This document shows, piece by piece, positions 49,943 to 58,202 of a stretch of 64,000 nt of DNA (positions are counted from its first letter, which is position 1; the number at the start of each line of letters is the position of its first letter). Under the pieces are notes generated by a model. That model searched no databases. It was given only the letters and a program-made list of their open reading frames with translations, and had not been told where the DNA came from. Where the stretch lies: IMG/VR virus record IMGVR_UViG_2690315746_000001, positions 1 to 64,000 of that record, one strand, 5' to 3'. Origin of the DNA: a virus. Its lineage: Duplodnaviria; Caudoviricetes. Made by a program: the position numbers and the translations under genes.

Positions 49943-49980
49943 GTTTCAATCTCGCATCAATATTGATGCGAGATTGCTTC
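49943..49980. repeat. 11-bp-period array containing a perfect 30-bp palindrome (49947-49976)
   Basis: GTTTC AATCTC GCATC AATATT GATGC GAGATT GCTTC immediately after the RHH gene stop. Confidence 0.75.
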
Positions 49981-49981
49981 C

Positions 49982-50347
49982 CTATCGAATGGACGCCAGC
50001 TCGGGGAAGGGTCGCATGACGATCCCGGGCTGGTGGCAGGTCCCGGCGTCGACCCGGCTGCTGGGCGTGACCAGCGTCTCGCCCCGGACCTCGAACGGCT
50101 TGCGGTAGACCCCCACGTAGCCGCCGTAGGCGTTCTTCGCGTTGAACGCGACGCACACCACCTCCACGCCCTTCACCACGGCCCGGTCCGAGATCTCGGT
50201 CGAGCGCAACGAGTAGGGGTCGGAGAAGAAGTTCTTCGCCCATGCCAGCACCTGAGCCTTGTCGGCGCGGCTGGCCGGCTGCGCGGAAGCGGGGGAGGGG
50301 AGGGCGGTCAGCCCGGCGAGGAGGGCGAGGGTCAGGATCGAGCGCAT
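49982..50347 (-). CDS. Secreted/periplasmic protein
   Basis: Signal peptide ...PASA; DPYS...CVAFNAKNAYGGYVG. Confidence 0.75.
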   Translation of the reverse strand: MRSILTLALLAGLTALPSPASAQPASRADKAQVLAWAKNFFSDPYSLRSTEISDRAVVKGVEVVCVAFNAKNAYGGYVGVYRKPFEVRGETLVTPSSRVDAGTCHQPGIVMRPFPELASIR

Positions 50348-50439
50348 CCTCGAGACCTACCTCAGGGCTGCACTTCACCTCAAGAGGTTGCGCGCCTGGT
50401 GCGAGCGCAAGATCAGCGATTGGTGCGGCAAGTATAGAG

Positions 50440-50700
50440 TGCTAGTACCCGAAATCCAAAAATTTTAGAAAGAGTATTTCGAGCATAGTGTTATCCACAG
50501 GCGCAATTTTTCACAGAAAAAAGGGGGGCGGATGACAGATTTCGCTTGCGGCGGGGGCCGGGCCGCGCTAGATTACTTGAGTAGAAAGGAGGTTAGGTTG
50601 GACTAGGGGTTCGGGCAGGGGGCGATAGTCCCCACTATGCCCGGACTATGCCTTAGGTCTGACCTGCCTCTGACTACCCCACCATATACGAATATGGTGC
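50440..50700. promoter_or_regulatory. AT-rich non-coding region with two DnaA-box matches
   Basis: TTATCCACA at 50491-50499 and TTTTTCACA at 50507-50515 next to an AT tract. Confidence 0.5.
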
Positions 50701-50711
50701 CAACCTAAGGG

Positions 50712-51551
50712 ATGAAGACAATGGCCGTTCGCACCGCTAACCCTGCCCTGACCTCTGACGCTGTTGCTAAGATCGGGTTCGACGCCCTGGTGGGCGCTGA
50801 GAACTACAAAATCCACGCCTACAGCGCCTTTACCCTGCTATTCATGATGAATAGTGGTGTGGACCCGAAGCGGCTTCGGGCTAACCTCGCGGTGCGCGCC
50901 GCAGAGACGGGCGTTATCGCCGAAAATACCTGGCAGTCCTACGTCAAGGGCGTGGAGACGGCAGCCGACAAGTTCTCGACGCACCTGGCGTCGGACCCCG
51001 AGTTCCTGACCATACGGGATATGGGGCCGGAGGATGCGGTCGAGGCGGTGCGCCGGCTGTATGAGGCGGTCAACGTGGTGTCCGGGTCGGACATCCGGGA
51101 GTGGTCCAAGCTCGAAGGTTTCGAGCCCCTGGACAAGGCCGGGCTCAAGGCCAAGCGGGCGGCGGAAGCCAAGGCGCGCAAGCTCGCCGCTCAGAAGGCG
51201 GAAGCCGATGCGTTCTTCGCCAAGGCCCCTTGGGCCGGTGCGGAGGCGGAAGCCGGTGCGGGCGAGGCGGCCCCGGCGGACCCGATGGCGGCCCTGGCTG
51301 CCCTCCTCTCCACCCTGGACGAGGCATCCACCCTCAAGGCACTAGAGGCGGTCAACGCCCGGCTCGCGACCATGGCGAAGGCCAAGGCGGCGGCCCCGGC
51401 CCCCACCGTCGCCCCGGTCCTGGCGGACGACGCCACGCCGCACCCGCTTTCGGCCCTTGGCCGGGTCGTGCCGGCGAAGCTCAAGGGCGATGCCCTGGAC
51501 AGCGCCGCGATGGCGGCCAAGCCCCCGGTGCGCCCGAACAAGGCGGCCTAG
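50712..51551 (+). CDS. Hypothetical early protein, Ala-rich C-terminus
   Basis: 279-aa ORF bracketed by motif-A copies. Confidence 0.7.
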   Translation: MKTMAVRTANPALTSDAVAKIGFDALVGAENYKIHAYSAFTLLFMMNSGVDPKRLRANLAVRAAETGVIAENTWQSYVKGVETAADKFSTHLASDPEFLTIRDMGPEDAVEAVRRLYEAVNVVSGSDIREWSKLEGFEPLDKAGLKAKRAAEAKARKLAAQKAEADAFFAKAPWAGAEAEAGAGEAAPADPMAALAALLSTLDEASTLKALEAVNARLATMAKAKAAAPAPTVAPVLADDATPHPLSALGRVVPAKLKGDALDSAAMAAKPPVRPNKAA

Positions 51552-51754
51552 GGCCCCGCACCGGGCGCCATATTCGAATATGGCGCCCAACCCCGCCAGG
51601 GCCCGCCAGGGCCGGCCCTGGCCCCCGTCCAGCCCCTCGCGCCTACCGGCGCGCCCATCGCCGCCCACGGGCCGCCTGGGCGCCCCTGTATGCGTGCCCG
51701 GTGCGCGTACCTGCGCCGGTCCCCTCCACCATATCCGAATATGGGAGCCACGAG

Positions 51755-52129
51755 ATGGCCCACGCCAATCCCGAGTTCGCGCTCGCCTGCCGCGCGCACC
51801 GTGATCCGCCGCTGCGCCACCAGACGCCGCCGCCCGCGACCCTGGGCCAGCTTCGCGCCCGGATGCGCCAGATCGGCGAGCTGATCGACATCGGCTATCC
51901 GGTCGCGCCCGATGAACGCGAGGCATATCGGATATGGCTCCAGGTGCGGCGCCAGGATCGCCGGCAGGCCGCGCGCGAGGCTCAGATCCGCGACGCCACC
52001 GCCGAGCCACGCGGCGGGATGCACGGCGCCGATAAGCGCGGTGAGCGGTTCGCCGAGCCCAAGCGCCGGCTGCCGGCCGACGTGCAGGCCGGCCGCGTGA
52101 AGCTCCGGCGCGGCACGCTCACGCGATGA
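51755..52129 (+). CDS. Hypothetical protein (MAHANPEFA...)
   Basis: GGAG RBS next to motif A. Confidence 0.5.
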   Translation: MAHANPEFALACRAHRDPPLRHQTPPPATLGQLRARMRQIGELIDIGYPVAPDEREAYRIWLQVRRQDRRQAAREAQIRDATAEPRGGMHGADKRGERFAEPKRRLPADVQAGRVKLRRGTLTR

Positions 52130-52413
52130 TCGTGGGTCGAACGCGGAGGCGGCCGACGCCGCCACCACACTGGTTCTGGGCGATCGGCCCACCATGACCC
52201 GCACCGGCTTTGCGGTCCCGGTGCGGGGCCACGATCCGTGGTGGGCCGGGCTTTGGGTCCCGGCCGCCATATCGAATATGGGAGACGCGCGATGCAGTTC
52301 TGGTTCTGGTTCATGGCCTGGTTGGGCGCCTGGTGCGCGCTCGCGGAGTGGCTGCTTCCGGCCGTGCCGGGGTCGTTCTGAGCCCGGGGCCCTCTGTACG
52401 TTTCGTGCATGAA

Positions 52414-52675
52414 CCACTACACTCGCGTAGTGGGAGGCCGTAGTGGGTTGCGCCAGGCTGGTAGTGGGATTTCGTAGTGGGTCGCGTGATGTCGGCCGGT
52501 GTGAATTGCCGCGCGCCGCCGCTAAGTACCTCTCTTTCTTCTTCTTTCTCCTCCCTAGCTGGGATTGGGATAGAAAGTAGTGGTCAACAACCTCAAATCG
52601 CTGTTAGGGGGAACTCGTACATTCCGGGAATGTACAAGTTATATTAAGGAGAAATGGGGGGTTGTTGACCACTAC
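52414..52675. repeat. GTAGTGG(G) iteron-like repeats and 99-bp concentric inverted-repeat element (candidate origin)
   Basis: GTAGTGGG at 52427, 52440, 52461, 52474; 16-bp IR at 52577-52592 and 52660-52675, centred on palindrome 52617-52635. Confidence 0.7.
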
Positions 52676-52735
52676 CCTCATCCCCGCCGCGCCTGCCCGC
52701 CTTCTGTTGTCCGTTTCGTACCGACTGAGGAGACC

Positions 52736-53341
52736 ATGAAACGCCTCGACGACCTGCCCCGCCACCTCCGGTCCAAGATCCGCCTGGAGCCGGCCGACGC
52801 ACCGGAGACCGAAGCGTGCTGGATCTGGACGGGCTCGGCCCAGAAGCCGCGCCGGCGCCTGCGCCCGTATGCGCCGATCGAGAACGAGAACCCCCGCGTG
52901 CGCCCGCGCCACTTCGCCGGGAGCTTCGTGAACGACCGCGAGACGCCCATGGTGCGCGATCCCAGCCTCGGCTACGCCGTCGCCGCGCACCGGGTGACGT
53001 ATGCGGCTGCGACCGACCGCACGACCGCGAGCCTGCCGCGCCTGTCGCGCTGCTCCTGCGATCGGTGCGTGAGCCCGCACCACGTCCACGAGCTTGACGA
53101 GGTGTCGCCCCGTTCGCGTGGCCGCACCCGCGGAGGCATCGTCGCCCCCGAGCCCGAGGTCAACGGCGCCCCGGTGCCCAGTGCCAAGACCTGGGATCTC
53201 CTCACCGCCGAGGACGGGCCCATGATCGAGGTGGGCGTGGATGCCGCCTGTGCTGAAGTGGGCCTGCCTCCGGGCTCGATCACGCCCGCGATGTGGGACC
53301 GCTTCGTGAAGTGGTCGCTCGCGCGCGACGGGGCCGGCTGA
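52736..53341 (+). CDS. Degenerate HNH-fold protein
   Basis: CWIWTG...AHRVTY...CSCDRCVSPHH; GAGGAG RBS. Confidence 0.65.
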   Translation: MKRLDDLPRHLRSKIRLEPADAPETEACWIWTGSAQKPRRRLRPYAPIENENPRVRPRHFAGSFVNDRETPMVRDPSLGYAVAAHRVTYAAATDRTTASLPRLSRCSCDRCVSPHHVHELDEVSPRSRGRTRGGIVAPEPEVNGAPVPSAKTWDLLTAEDGPMIEVGVDAACAEVGLPPGSITPAMWDRFVKWSLARDGAG

Positions 53342-53728
53342 CCCGGCCATATCCGATATGGCTTGGCCGCGTAACGCTGCGGTAATCTTCAACCACGGCG
53401 TGAGCCGCCCGCCCGGTACGAAGCGGACACCAACCCCGATCGCGGGTGTCCGCCTCCTGACCCAAACGATGAATGATTGGTGAATGGGCAGGCCGAAAAC
53501 GGCCGCAGGTCTGGTGAATAAGTGTTCATGGGACTGTGCATGTGTCCCACAAAGGCACACATATCTCCGAACGACCGCGGGCTGCCGCGCACACCGGCCC
53601 CTGGTATCCGTACAGCCGCGGATGTACGGTTCGTGCAGAAAGTTGCGCTGAACCACTACGTTCGGGTTGCGTACCCATCCAGATATGGGTATGTCCGCCA
53701 CCTCCCCAGCAAGCAGAGGAGCAATCGA

Positions 53729-54145
53729 ATGGCGGACAGCCATGTCGACCGCCTGCGCGCCATCTACGATGCGCTCGCGACCGCGGCGCCCGGGATCTCC
53801 CACGACGAGTACCGGGCGTTCCTGCACGTCGCCGACCACCCGGGCGCGAGCCAGCGCGAGGTGCAGGACGCCCTCGGCATCCCGCAGTCGAGCGCGAGCC
53901 GGCACCTGGCCAACCTCAACGGATCGGGCTTCGGCCTGGTCGATGCGGAAGCCTGCCTCGGCAAGCGCACCAATCTCCGGCTGTCGCCCAAGGGCCGGCA
54001 GCTGCTCGCCCAGCTGGCGCTGATCCTGGGGTGCTTCGTGGCCGCCCACTGCAGCTTGCTCGACGACATCGACTGCAGCACGCCGTCGCCCCCGGGCTAC
54101 GACCGCTGCGCCGACCCGGCGACCTTCTCCTGCGACCTGAGCTGA
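53729..54145 (+). CDS. MarR-like winged-helix regulator
   Basis: FLHVADHPGASQREVQDALGIPQSSASRHL...RLSPKGR; GAGGAG RBS. Confidence 0.8.
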   Translation: MADSHVDRLRAIYDALATAAPGISHDEYRAFLHVADHPGASQREVQDALGIPQSSASRHLANLNGSGFGLVDAEACLGKRTNLRLSPKGRQLLAQLALILGCFVAAHCSLLDDIDCSTPSPPGYDRCADPATFSCDLS

Positions 54146-54320
54146 GCCAGGTCATCCACAACCGCGACGCAACCCAGGGTGCCCTCGCCCCGTCGTTGAC
54201 GTAAACCAGAACGAAATGAGAACATCCGCGGCAACAACCCGTTGTCGGCCCGGGTGTGTCGCAACCAGGCGCCCGGCCCTCGCTGGCCGGCGGCCATATC
54301 CAATATGATGGGGTCTCGAG

Positions 54321-54692
54321 ATGACGACGCCGAGCGTGAACAGCATCCTCACCGGCATGGCCGACACGCTCGGCGTCCCAGCGCGGTGGACGAAGGGCTT
54401 CATGGCTCGCGACGCCGAGGGCCACCAGGTCGAGCCAACGAGCCCGCAGGCCGCCTGCTGGTGCATCTACGGCTCGATGGAGCTGGAGCTGGTCCGCCAG
54501 GGCGCCCCAGACGGCCTGCGGGTCACGGTCGAGGACGTGCTGCTCGACGTGGCGCGCGAGGAGCTGGATCGGCCGGCCCTGATGGAAGGCGGGCTCAGCC
54601 TCATCAACGACAGCCGCTACACCACGCACGAGGAGATGTGCGACCTGATCCAGCGCGGCATCCGCCGCGCTGCCACCGGCACTCCGAGCTAG
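54321..54692 (+). CDS. Phage hypothetical protein (WTKG...CWCIYG family)
   Basis: Recurrent phage motif W.KG..AR...A.CWC..G. Confidence 0.7.
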   Translation: MTTPSVNSILTGMADTLGVPARWTKGFMARDAEGHQVEPTSPQAACWCIYGSMELELVRQGAPDGLRVTVEDVLLDVAREELDRPALMEGGLSLINDSRYTTHEEMCDLIQRGIRRAATGTPS

Positions 54693-55432
54693 ACCTCGGC
54701 CATGGCCGACTTGAACGCCTTCCGGCGCACCAGCATCGCCGGCCAGATGTGCTCCAGGTGCTCGAGCAGGGCCTCGGGGTTGATCACGTCGACCCGCGCG
54801 ACGTCGCGCCGGATGAGGCCGCGGGTCTCGAGCCTGGCGAGCATCTCGGTGATGGAAGGCCGCCGCGCGCCCATGCGCTTGGCGATGAACGGCTGCGAGA
54901 AGGGCAGGGTCTTCTCGTTCGACACGTACCAGGCCCGCGTCAGGAACGAGATCAGCCTGTCCTCGGTCGCGAGGGCAACCGAGCCGCCCATCACCTCCCA
55001 GGCCTCCGTGAGCGCCAGGTCCGCGTACCGGCCGATGATCGCCCGCGACTTCGGGCACTCGTCCAGCAGCCGGCGCGCCGCCTGCGTGCTGCACTGGAAG
55101 GCCGGCGCGTCCAGCTCGACGACCGCCTGGTAGTTGCTCGGCACCTCGGAGAGCAGGGCAGGGAAGCCCACGATGTCCTCATCCCCGCACATCGCCGACT
55201 GGATCGCCTGCTTCTTCCAGTCCGAGACGGGGGACACCAGGATGGACACCAAGCCGTCGACCGGGAAGTAGATCAGCGACGGGCGAACGCCCGCATGTAT
55301 AATAAGCTGACCGGACTTTAGATGTACGCGCTCAATAAGATCAGCCCAGTCTTTGTTGACGCTTATCAGGGCCTGTAGAATAATATTGGTCCGGCCAGAT
55401 ATGTTGTACTTCTGTGCAAATTTGGTCATCAT
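54689..55432 (-). CDS. Crp/Fnr-family transcriptional regulator
   Basis: IYFPVDGLVS cNMP-fold; SQPFIAKRMGARRPSITEML..LE..GLI HTH; start approximate. Confidence 0.85.
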   Translation of the reverse strand: MMTKFAQKYNISGRTNIILQALISVNKDWADLIERVHLKSGQLIIHAGVRPSLIYFPVDGLVSILVSPVSDWKKQAIQSAMCGDEDIVGFPALLSEVPSNYQAVVELDAPAFQCSTQAARRLLDECPKSRAIIGRYADLALTEAWEVMGGSVALATEDRLISFLTRAWYVSNEKTLPFSQPFIAKRMGARRPSITEMLARLETRGLIRRDVARVDVINPEALLEHLEHIWPAMLVRRKAFKSAMAEV

Positions 55433-55837
55433 CTTGAGCCCCAGTGTAGGCTGCCTGCGCACCACCCCAGGGGCCGCGCTAGACAGTCATTCAAATCCTC
55501 GGTGTAGTTGCATTCGTCATATCCAATATGGCCGAGACGGGTGGTGGTTCAGACGCGGGGCGCATTCTGGGTCCCTGATCTTTGTCCGACACGGTGCGTT
55601 CGCACTCTGCCGAGTATCGCTAGTACGAGCCGTACACAACCCCAGTTGTCAAGCGGCTGTGCCGTCGAACTAGGGTGATTCGCTGAAAAATCATTCAGGC
55701 ACCTACTGCAAAGAGGCGCCTGTGCCAACACACCAGGCCATGTGCCTGGGCTGTGCCTGGGCATCATTGGATGTCCGATCCGTACAACTTTTCCACTAGC
55801 GTCGTTGTAACCAAAGGGTTAAATGGAGCCCTACCAC

Positions 55838-55960
55838 ATGCGCCAGTCACCGGTGACGCCACAGCAAGAGGCCAATCTGCTCCTGATCGCCGACCAGGAA
55901 CGCCGTCGAAAGGAGCGGGAGGCCCAGGCCGCCCAGCCCTTTCGCCGTGTCCGTGCCTGA
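55838..55960 (+). CDS. 40-aa hypothetical peptide MRQSPVTPQQEANLL...
   Basis: GGAG RBS 9 nt upstream. Confidence 0.4.
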   Translation: MRQSPVTPQQEANLLLIADQERRRKEREAQAAQPFRRVRA

Positions 55961-55990
55961 TTGTCCGAACCGTACCGAGGAGGCGACATC

Positions 55991-56275
55991 ATGTTCCAGC
56001 TCAGCGCCACGCCGGCCATCTACCGCCCGGACGGGTTCGAGTTTCAGCCGCTCGACCCGGACAAGATCGTGAAGCGCACCAGCGCCACGACCATGCACGA
56101 GATGCGCGAGGCCCTCGACGCCTTCGTCGAGGAGCTGCCCGGCACCAAGAGCTTCATCGTGTTCGGCCACTGGCCGCGCGTCGCCGGCAAGCCGCCGCGC
56201 GGGTTCAAGGCCGCGTGCGACCGCAACGAGTTCACCCGCCATGTGAAGCGCGAGCACACGCGGACCGGGGACTGA
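55991..56275 (+). CDS. Hypothetical protein
   Basis: GAGGAGG RBS preceded by motif B. Confidence 0.7.
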   Translation: MFQLSATPAIYRPDGFEFQPLDPDKIVKRTSATTMHEMREALDAFVEELPGTKSFIVFGHWPRVAGKPPRGFKAACDRNEFTRHVKREHTRTGD

Positions 56276-56301
56276 CCAGGGGTCGACCTCACAGCCGCCA
56301 G

Positions 56302-56353
56302 CCGTATTCGATATGGCTTCACGCTTGTTTCAATATTGAAGCGGGATTGAAAC
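56302..56353. promoter_or_regulatory. Composite site: motif A followed by 11-bp array
   Basis: CCGTATTCGATATGG then GCTTC ACGCTT GTTTC AATATT GAAGC GGGATT GAAAC, abutting ATG 56355. Confidence 0.7.
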
Positions 56354-56354
56354 G

Positions 56355-56555
56355 ATGTCCCAGCCCGACCCCAAGCTTCTCACCACCGCGATCGACGTGA
56401 TCGAGCGCTGGCACCGGACCTGCCGCCGCTACGACCTCGGCAACGCCAGCGGCGCCGACATGAGCCTCGCCCGCGAGGATGCCGACCGCGCGCTGAAGCG
56501 CGCCGCCGACGCGGGCCACGACATCACCGACCTGCGCAAGGAGAACGACCTGTGA
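56355..56555 (+). CDS. Hypothetical protein
   Basis: Coupled early ORF. Confidence 0.6.
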   Translation: MSQPDPKLLTTAIDVIERWHRTCRRYDLGNASGADMSLAREDADRALKRAADAGHDITDLRKENDL

Positions 56556-56758
56556 GCGCTGAGCACATCACCGTCAGCTTCAGCACCGGCAGCGCGGCCT
56601 TCGCCGACAGCCCGACCACCGAGATCGCCCGCATCCTGCGGGAGATCGCAGACCGCTTCGAGCAGGACGGCCTCTCCGGGGTCGCGATCTACGACCTCAA
56701 CGGCAACTTCGTCGGCGAGGTCAGGGTCGCTGAGATCGAGGAGGAGAACGTCGAATGA
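56552..56758 (+). CDS. Phage hypothetical protein (AAF...EIARILR...DLNGN)
   Basis: Recurrent small phage protein pattern; GTGA overlap. Confidence 0.7.
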   Translation: MSAEHITVSFSTGSAAFADSPTTEIARILREIADRFEQDGLSGVAIYDLNGNFVGEVRVAEIEEENVE

Positions 56759-56934
56759 GCCTCATCACCGGGACCTACCGCGGGGTGCGCAAGCGCCTCC
56801 GGGGCGAGACCGCGATGCTCGAGCCGCGCCCGGGCGGCTGGGCCGCCCAGTTCGATCGCCTCCACCACCGCGAAGCCCATGGCTGGTGGTTCTTCCCCGC
56901 CGACGACTTCGAGGTCCACGTCCGCCAGCCATAA
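56755..56934 (+). CDS. 59-aa hypothetical protein MSLITGTYRG...HGWWFFPADDF
   Basis: ATGA overlap and GGAG RBS; below the ORF-track cutoff. Confidence 0.6.
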   Translation: MSLITGTYRGVRKRLRGETAMLEPRPGGWAAQFDRLHHREAHGWWFFPADDFEVHVRQP

Positions 56935-56980
56935 CCAATATGGCTGCCACGTTGTTTCAATATTGATACGAGGTTGAAAT
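56929..56980. promoter_or_regulatory. Composite site: motif A followed by 11-bp array
   Basis: CCATAACCAATATGG then GCTGC CACGTT GTTTC AATATT GATAC GAGGTT GAAAT, overlapping ATG 56979. Confidence 0.7.
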
Positions 56981-57659
56981 GACCACTGCTCTCGCCATCC
57001 GCCCGATGCCGCCCGCCCAGGCCTGGGGCTACGCCGCGACCTGGGGCAGCTTCATGAAGAGCGGCGACCCGGGCGCCTGCATGTACGGGTTCGACGAGAC
57101 CTTCGCCGTCCAGCACGAGGACCACCGCCAGGCCTGCCTGACCTGGGTCGAGGGCTGCCGCGCCGACGTGCGCCGCAACCCGACCGCGTTCGAGCACCGC
57201 GAGCTGGACCAGCTGACCGCCCTCGAGGGTGCGCTCCGCTCCGCGCCGACCGACGAGGAGGTCCGCGCCCGGCTCGCCAGCCTCGACGAGTTCACCACGG
57301 CCTACGCCCAGGCCGCGCTGTTCTTCGAGAACGACAACAGCGACGAAGAGACCGGCGGCGAGCCCTTCGACCGCAATTACGGGCTGGCCCACATCCACCC
57401 CACCACCCTGGCGCGCATGGTCGACGACTGCCAGCGCTTCCAGCGCGACCACGCCGCGACCCTGGCGCGCTGCACCGGCGGTGGGCTCTCCCAGGCCGGC
57501 CACGACTTCTGGCTCACCCGCAACCGGCACGGCACCGGGTTCTGGGACCGCGACGATCGCGTCTGGGACAAGGCCGCCCGCGACGAGCTGACCGCCAGCT
57601 CGCACCGCTGGGGCGAGATCGACCTCTACCTGGGCGACGACGGCAAGATCCACTCCTGA
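56979..57659 (+). CDS. Conserved phage early protein (GHDFWLTRN.HG.GFWD)
   Basis: Motif recurrent in phage early regions; function unknown. Confidence 0.75.
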   Translation: MTTALAIRPMPPAQAWGYAATWGSFMKSGDPGACMYGFDETFAVQHEDHRQACLTWVEGCRADVRRNPTAFEHRELDQLTALEGALRSAPTDEEVRARLASLDEFTTAYAQAALFFENDNSDEETGGEPFDRNYGLAHIHPTTLARMVDDCQRFQRDHAATLARCTGGGLSQAGHDFWLTRNRHGTGFWDRDDRVWDKAARDELTASSHRWGEIDLYLGDDGKIHS

Positions 57660-57673
57660 GAGGCATATCCGAT

Positions 57674-58132
57674 ATGGACAACTTCCTTCTCCCAGCTCAG
57701 CTGCAGATCTCGCTCGCTGAGCACGAGGCCCTCATCACGCTGCGCGACGCGCTGCGCGAGGAGCGACTGCCCAACGACTTCAAGTTCGACATGTCCTACG
57801 GCGCGTGCGGCGGTGACGGCTGCGGGACGGTCGGCTGCATCGGCGGCGCGGTGCGGCTCATGTGCCTGACCGGCAGCCAGCACGACATCGAGGGGCTCCA
57901 TGAGCCTTATCGCCACGACGTCCGCGCGGCCTTCAGCTACGTCGAGCGGTCCGAGCTTCACCCGACCCTCGCCCCGCTCTACTACCCGCACCCGGAGGGC
58001 AGCTACCCCCGGCCGCCCTTCAACATCTACACGCAGGCCGACGCGGCCCGGGCGATCACCAACTACCTGACCACCGGCAAGCCGGATTGGCTCAACGCCG
58101 CCAGCGAGACGCTGAAGCCCTACCTGCAGTAA
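57674..58132 (+). CDS. Hypothetical protein (F.M...CGTVGCIGG)
   Basis: ATG inside motif A, GAGG RBS. Confidence 0.7.
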   Translation: MDNFLLPAQLQISLAEHEALITLRDALREERLPNDFKFDMSYGACGGDGCGTVGCIGGAVRLMCLTGSQHDIEGLHEPYRHDVRAAFSYVERSELHPTLAPLYYPHPEGSYPRPPFNIYTQADAARAITNYLTTGKPDWLNAASETLKPYLQ

Positions 58133-58202
58133 CGACCCCGCACCGGGCGCTTTCGCGCGCCCGGATCACAGTGTTCGCTTCGTACATGAAAGCATATCCG
58201 AT

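Noticed and set aside
49947-49976. Perfect 30-bp palindrome as an N15-like telRL protelomerase site
   Set aside because: It fits the same 11-bp-period motif found upstream of parA and elsewhere, and no protelomerase is visible in the window; not fully excluded.
53672-53691. TACCCATCCAGATATGGGTA as a motif-A copy
   Set aside because: Left half and spacing deviate; at most a degenerate copy, so not counted.
55806-55823. Possible CtrA box (GTAACCAAAGGGTTAA)
   Set aside because: Half-site spacing is one base off TTAA-N7-TTAA and the first half-site is imperfect.
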